Positions 60,653 to 64,000 of a DNA stretch of 64,000 nucleotides are shown one piece after another. Every line of letters starts with the position of its first letter. The first letter of the stretch is position 1. The DNA is from Terriglobia bacterium. GTDB taxonomy: Bacteria > Acidobacteriota > Polarisedimenticolia > Polarisedimenticolales > JAIQFR01. The position numbers and the translations under genes were made by a program. The stretch covers positions 864,001 to 928,000 of the forward strand of contig CAVVHE010000004.1 in the NCBI GenBank assembly GCA_963748015.1, in the 5' to 3' direction. The notes below the pieces were generated by a model. That model was not told where the DNA came from, ran no database searches, and was given only the letters and a program-made list of their open reading frames with translations.

Positions 60653-60677
60653 CGCGGCGGGTTCCTGGGTGAATGCG

Positions 60678-61460
60678 ATGAAGATCCTGGTGGGAATCAA
60701 GCACGTCCCCGACACGGAGGCCAAGGTCAAGATCGCCGCCGACGGGGTCTCCCTCGACGAGAGCGCGATCAAGATGGTCATGTCGCCTTTCGACGAGTTC
60801 GCCCTCGAGGAGGCCCTCCGCATCCGGGAAGCCCGCGGAGGCGAGGTGATCGTGGTCTGCGCGGGAAAGGAATCGGCACAGGCATCGCTGCGCCAGGGGC
60901 TCGCCATGGGCGCGGACCGCGCGGTCCTGATCGAGGACGACCGATTCGATCGCGCCGACGCCCTCGCCCGCGCTCGCGCGATCGCCGCTGTCGCGAGGGC
61001 GGAGGCCCCCGATCTCATCCTCCTAGGGAAGTACGGGGTCGGGACCGACGACGGGCAGACCGGCCCGATGCTCGCGGAGGTTCTCGACCTGCCGCACACC
61101 TCCGCCGTCACTTTCCTCGCGCTCGGCGAAGGCACCTTCGAGGCGCGGCGCGAGATCGAGGGAGCGGTCGAGGTGGCTCAGGGCTCGCTCCCGGCGGTGA
61201 TCACCTGCGACAAGGGGCTCAACGAGCCGCGCTACCCGTCCCTCAAGGGGATCATGGCGGCCAAGAAGAAGCCGCTCGATGCGAAGAAGGCCGCCGACCT
61301 CGGACTCGACCCCGACGATCTCGCGCCCGGACGGCGGGTGGTCTGGGAGTCGCTGGCGCTGCCGCCGGGGCGCAAGGCCGGGCGGGTGATCACGGGGGAA
61401 GCGGCGGAAACCGCGCGCGAGGTGGCGCGCCTCCTGCACGAAGAGGCGAAGGTGATCTGA
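60678..61460 (+). CDS. etfB: Electron transfer flavoprotein beta subunit
   Basis: K.VPD, PFDEFALEEAL, LAMGADRA, NEPRYPSLKGIMAAKKK. Confidence 0.95.
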   Translation: MKILVGIKHVPDTEAKVKIAADGVSLDESAIKMVMSPFDEFALEEALRIREARGGEVIVVCAGKESAQASLRQGLAMGADRAVLIEDDRFDRADALARARAIAAVARAEAPDLILLGKYGVGTDDGQTGPMLAEVLDLPHTSAVTFLALGEGTFEARREIEGAVEVAQGSLPAVITCDKGLNEPRYPSLKGIMAAKKKPLDAKKAADLGLDPDDLAPGRRVVWESLALPPGRKAGRVITGEAAETAREVARLLHEEAKVI

Positions 61461-62455
61461 TGGCGGCCAACGTACTGGTGTTCGCGGAACGCCGCGGCGG
61501 GGAAGTGAAGCGCGCGGCCTTGGAGATGCTCGGCGTGGCGCGGCGCCTAGCGGACGCTTCCGGCGGGCGCGTGGACGTTCTCGCCGTCGGCCCGGGAGCG
61601 GCGGGCTGCGCCCCGGGCCTCGCCGCGCACGGTGCCGATCGCGTCTTCGCGTGCGAGGCTCCCTTCATGGAGACCTACGCCCCCGAGGCCTACGCTGCCG
61701 CGCTCGCCGAGGCGGCGAGGAAGGGGGAAGCGGATGTGGTGCTGGTCGCTTCGACGGCCATGGGTCGCGACCTGGCGCCCCGCGCGGCGGCGCGTCTAGG
61801 CGTCGGCTGCCTCAGCGACCTCGTGGAGATCGATGCCGCGCCGGGGGGCGGGCTGCGGGGCCGGCGATCCGTCTACTCCGGGAAGGCGATCGCGACCGTG
61901 TCGGTGCCCGCGGGGGTCCGCCCCGCCTTGGCGTCGCTTCGCCCGAACGTCTTCCCCGTTCCCGCCGCGGCGGCGGGGCGTTCCGCGGCGGTCGTGCCGT
62001 TCGACTCGCCCGTCCCGGAGTCGGCCCTCAGGGTCCGGACCGTCCGGGTCGAGAAGGGGGCGGAGCAGGAGCTGGACGTCGCCGAGGCCAAGATCATCGT
62101 GTCCGGCGGGCGCGGCCTCAAGGGGCCGGAGAATTTCTCCCTGGTTCGCGATCTCGCGCAGGCCTTGGGCGGCGCGGTCGGCGCGTCGCGCGCCGTGGTC
62201 GACCAGGGCTGGATCGGCCACGCCCACCAGGTCGGCCAGACCGGAAAGGTCGTTTCGCCGGACCTCTATGTGGCGTGCGGCATTTCGGGCGCGATCCAGC
62301 ACCTCGCCGGCATGTCGTCCTCGAAGGTGATCGTCGCGGTGAACAAGGACCCCGAGGCGCCGATCTTCAAGGTGGCCGACTACGGGATCGTGGGCGACGC
62401 GCTCGAGGTCCTTCCCAAGCTCACCGAGGAGATCCGCAAGCTCAAGCGGGATTGA
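61460..62455 (+). CDS. etfA: Electron transfer flavoprotein alpha subunit
   Basis: [43 protein letters not shown]. Confidence 0.97.
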   Translation: MAANVLVFAERRGGEVKRAALEMLGVARRLADASGGRVDVLAVGPGAAGCAPGLAAHGADRVFACEAPFMETYAPEAYAAALAEAARKGEADVVLVASTAMGRDLAPRAAARLGVGCLSDLVEIDAAPGGGLRGRRSVYSGKAIATVSVPAGVRPALASLRPNVFPVPAAAAGRSAAVVPFDSPVPESALRVRTVRVEKGAEQELDVAEAKIIVSGGRGLKGPENFSLVRDLAQALGGAVGASRAVVDQGWIGHAHQVGQTGKVVSPDLYVACGISGAIQHLAGMSSSKVIVAVNKDPEAPIFKVADYGIVGDALEVLPKLTEEIRKLKRD

Positions 62456-62461
62456 CGGACG

Positions 62462-62492
62462 AGGCCGGGCCGAGGAGCCCGGCCTTTCTTCT
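62462..62492 (+). terminator. Intrinsic terminator after etfA
   Basis: AGGCCGGGC-CGAGGA-GCCCGGCCT followed by TTCTTCT. Confidence 0.7.
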
Positions 62493-62518
62493 CCGACGAT
62501 CTTCCGCGCCGCCGGGCC

Positions 62519-63592
62519 TCAGACCTCCTGGTAGAAGTACGGCTTGAGGCACTGGATCCGCTGCTCGTAGTCCTCCGGGTAGAGGAACCAGGTCGTGGCG
62601 GCCACGGACGACAGGAGCGAGTTCCCGTCCTGCGGCGTGAAGCAGTAGCCGACGATCTCCGTTTCGTTCCGGACGGCGAGCGTCGGAAGAGAGATGACCG
62701 TCACGTTCAGGATCCGACCGAAATGCCCGTGGTCGCGGCCGAAGGAGAACACGGCGTTGGCGGAGTCCTTGTAGGTGACCGCCATCCTGTCGTTCGACGC
62801 GATCAGCTCCTTGAGCCGCTTCACCGTCGTGGGATTCTTGACGCGGATGTCGAAGAAGATCGTGTGCATGTACTGCGTGTTGAGCTTGAGGGCGGAGGAA
62901 AAGAGGTTGAGGTCGTACCCCATCGTGTTGAACAGGTGCCAGGCGTCGCGCGCGTGATGGGTACCGAACCGGACGTCCTTGTGCTTGCCCACGACGGGGG
63001 AGGGAACGAAGCTGCTGTCCTGCGAGATGTCGTTCGCCCGGCGCATGCAGACGAACCTTCCCTCGACGAGGTTGTCCGGACCGCCGTCCGCGAGGGCCAG
63101 CGTCTCGATGAGGATCGACAGGTTGTGCGTGTTGCAGGAAACCACCTGGATGAACTGGTCCTCCCCCTTGATCAGGGAGCGGTCGTTGATCCCTCGCGCG
63201 TACGGCTTACCGAAGCCGAACTCGCTCCCCTGGGCGATGAAACCGAGGGTGCTGCCCGTGTACTTCTCGTAATACTCCGACTTGTTCTGCGTCCCGACGC
63301 CGGACGGGGTGCAGTCGATGACGACCGCGGCGCGCTCGAGCGCCTCGCGCGTGCCGAAGGAGGGCTCCATCCCGAGCTCCCGGAATCCCTTCGCCGCCTC
63401 CTCCTCCACGCAGAGCTTGGCGCCGCGGCGGATGAGGTTCTGGACCTTCGAGCGGTCGGTGAGCAGCGGGGTCCGCTTGTGGAACGTGACCTCGTCGATG
63501 CCCAGCGGCTTCTTGAAGTCCGACAGGAGCCCGATGAGCGGTTCCCCGATGGTTCCCGTTCCGATGACGTGGACTACGGCGTTACGGGCCAT
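62519..63592 (-). CDS. Archaeal-type (class II) GAPDH-like NAD(P)-dependent oxidoreductase
   Basis: GTGTIG, VIDCTP.G.G..NK..Y, QGSE, VVSCNTH, RRAND, THHARD, TQYMH. Confidence 0.75.
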   Translation of the reverse strand: MARNAVVHVIGTGTIGEPLIGLLSDFKKPLGIDEVTFHKRTPLLTDRSKVQNLIRRGAKLCVEEEAAKGFRELGMEPSFGTREALERAAVVIDCTPSGVGTQNKSEYYEKYTGSTLGFIAQGSEFGFGKPYARGINDRSLIKGEDQFIQVVSCNTHNLSILIETLALADGGPDNLVEGRFVCMRRANDISQDSSFVPSPVVGKHKDVRFGTHHARDAWHLFNTMGYDLNLFSSALKLNTQYMHTIFFDIRVKNPTTVKRLKELIASNDRMAVTYKDSANAVFSFGRDHGHFGRILNVTVISLPTLAVRNETEIVGYCFTPQDGNSLLSSVAATTWFLYPEDYEQRIQCLKPYFYQEV

Positions 63593-63652
63593 GATCTAGT
63601 CTCCTGGGTGCACGGTGGGGAGGCCCGAGGCGGGCCGACCCGTTGGCCACCC

Positions 63653-63739
63653 AATATGTCACGCTCGCGTTCGCCGTGTCAATCGAGGCGGGTGCTCCGG
63701 CCCGCCGCCTTGACACCCGGGCAGCCGGACCTGTAGAAT
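63653..63739. promoter_or_regulatory. Back-to-back sigma70 promoters for the GAPDH-like gene and hprK
   Basis: Minus: TTGACA (63682-63677), 18 nt, CATATT; plus: TTGACA (63710-63715), 18 nt, TAGAAT. Confidence 0.65.
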
Positions 63740-63778
63740 CCGCGATCGTCAATCCGATCAATCACTTGGAGCCGGTTC

Positions 63779-64000
63779 TTGAGCGGCCACGAAAGCTGCA
63801 CGATACCCGTGATGGCGGTACGGGAGCTCCTCACCGACGAGGCTGCGGAGGAGCTCGACCTGACCCTCCTGTCGGGAGCCGATGGCCTCGACAACGTGGT
63901 GAACCGCCCGCGCATCCAGAAACCCGGCCTGGCACTCGCCGGCTTCCTCGAGTACATCCACCCGGGCAGGATCCAGATCCTCGGAAAGTCCGAGATCAAC
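63779..64000 (+). CDS. hprK: HPr kinase/phosphorylase, N-terminal part (runs off window; start TTG 63779 or ATG 63812)
   Basis: My translation: MAVRELL...LSGADGLDN....PRIQKPGLALAGFLEYIHPGRIQILGKSE. Confidence 0.9.
   Translation, partial: MSGHESCTIPVMAVRELLTDEAAEELDLTLLSGADGLDNVVNRPRIQKPGLALAGFLEYIHPGRIQILGKSEIN

Overview
High-GC bacterial chromosomal segment made up almost entirely of housekeeping genes. Gene content and order suggest a diderm, probably Acidobacteriota (inference, not verified). Main blocks: (1) an S41-like protein, TPR protein and lipoprotein, then ispE-spoVG-tRNA-Gln-prs-rplY-pth-rpsF-rpsR-rplI and small membrane genes; (2) yceI, hemH, a deoxyhypusine-synthase-like gene coupled to waaF, nfnAB and an aminotransferase; (3) a three-gene biotin-dependent carboxylase with an AlaX editing gene, facing dpaL and a fused E1 dehydrogenase; (4) hisS-aspS and phoH-[7TM-HD::ybeY]-corC-era-recO-glyQS-ppdK; (5) dksA-like, B12 radical SAM, RlmI-like, a stand-alone sigma70 region 3.2/4 mini-gene, mutL, a lytic transglycosylase and TPR proteins; (6) yceD-rpmF-fabHDG-acpP-fabF-etfBA, an archaeal-type GAPDH homologue and the start of hprK. 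I saw no CRISPR array, rRNA, integrase, transposase or prophage. The most interesting signals are: a 119-aa half sigma factor with its own sigma54-type promoter, RBS and terminator; an S41 protease lacking its catalytic Ser and Lys, beside an LbcA-like TPR gene and a LolB-position lipoprotein; an in-frame PgpH-YbeY fusion; a class II GAPDH-like gene; and two 190-240 nt palindromic elements closed by perfect 28-bp inverted repeats. Three genes (era, recO, one hypothetical) are split by single-base losses in G runs, most likely long-read homopolymer errors. All family assignments come from motif recognition by eye; no searches were run.
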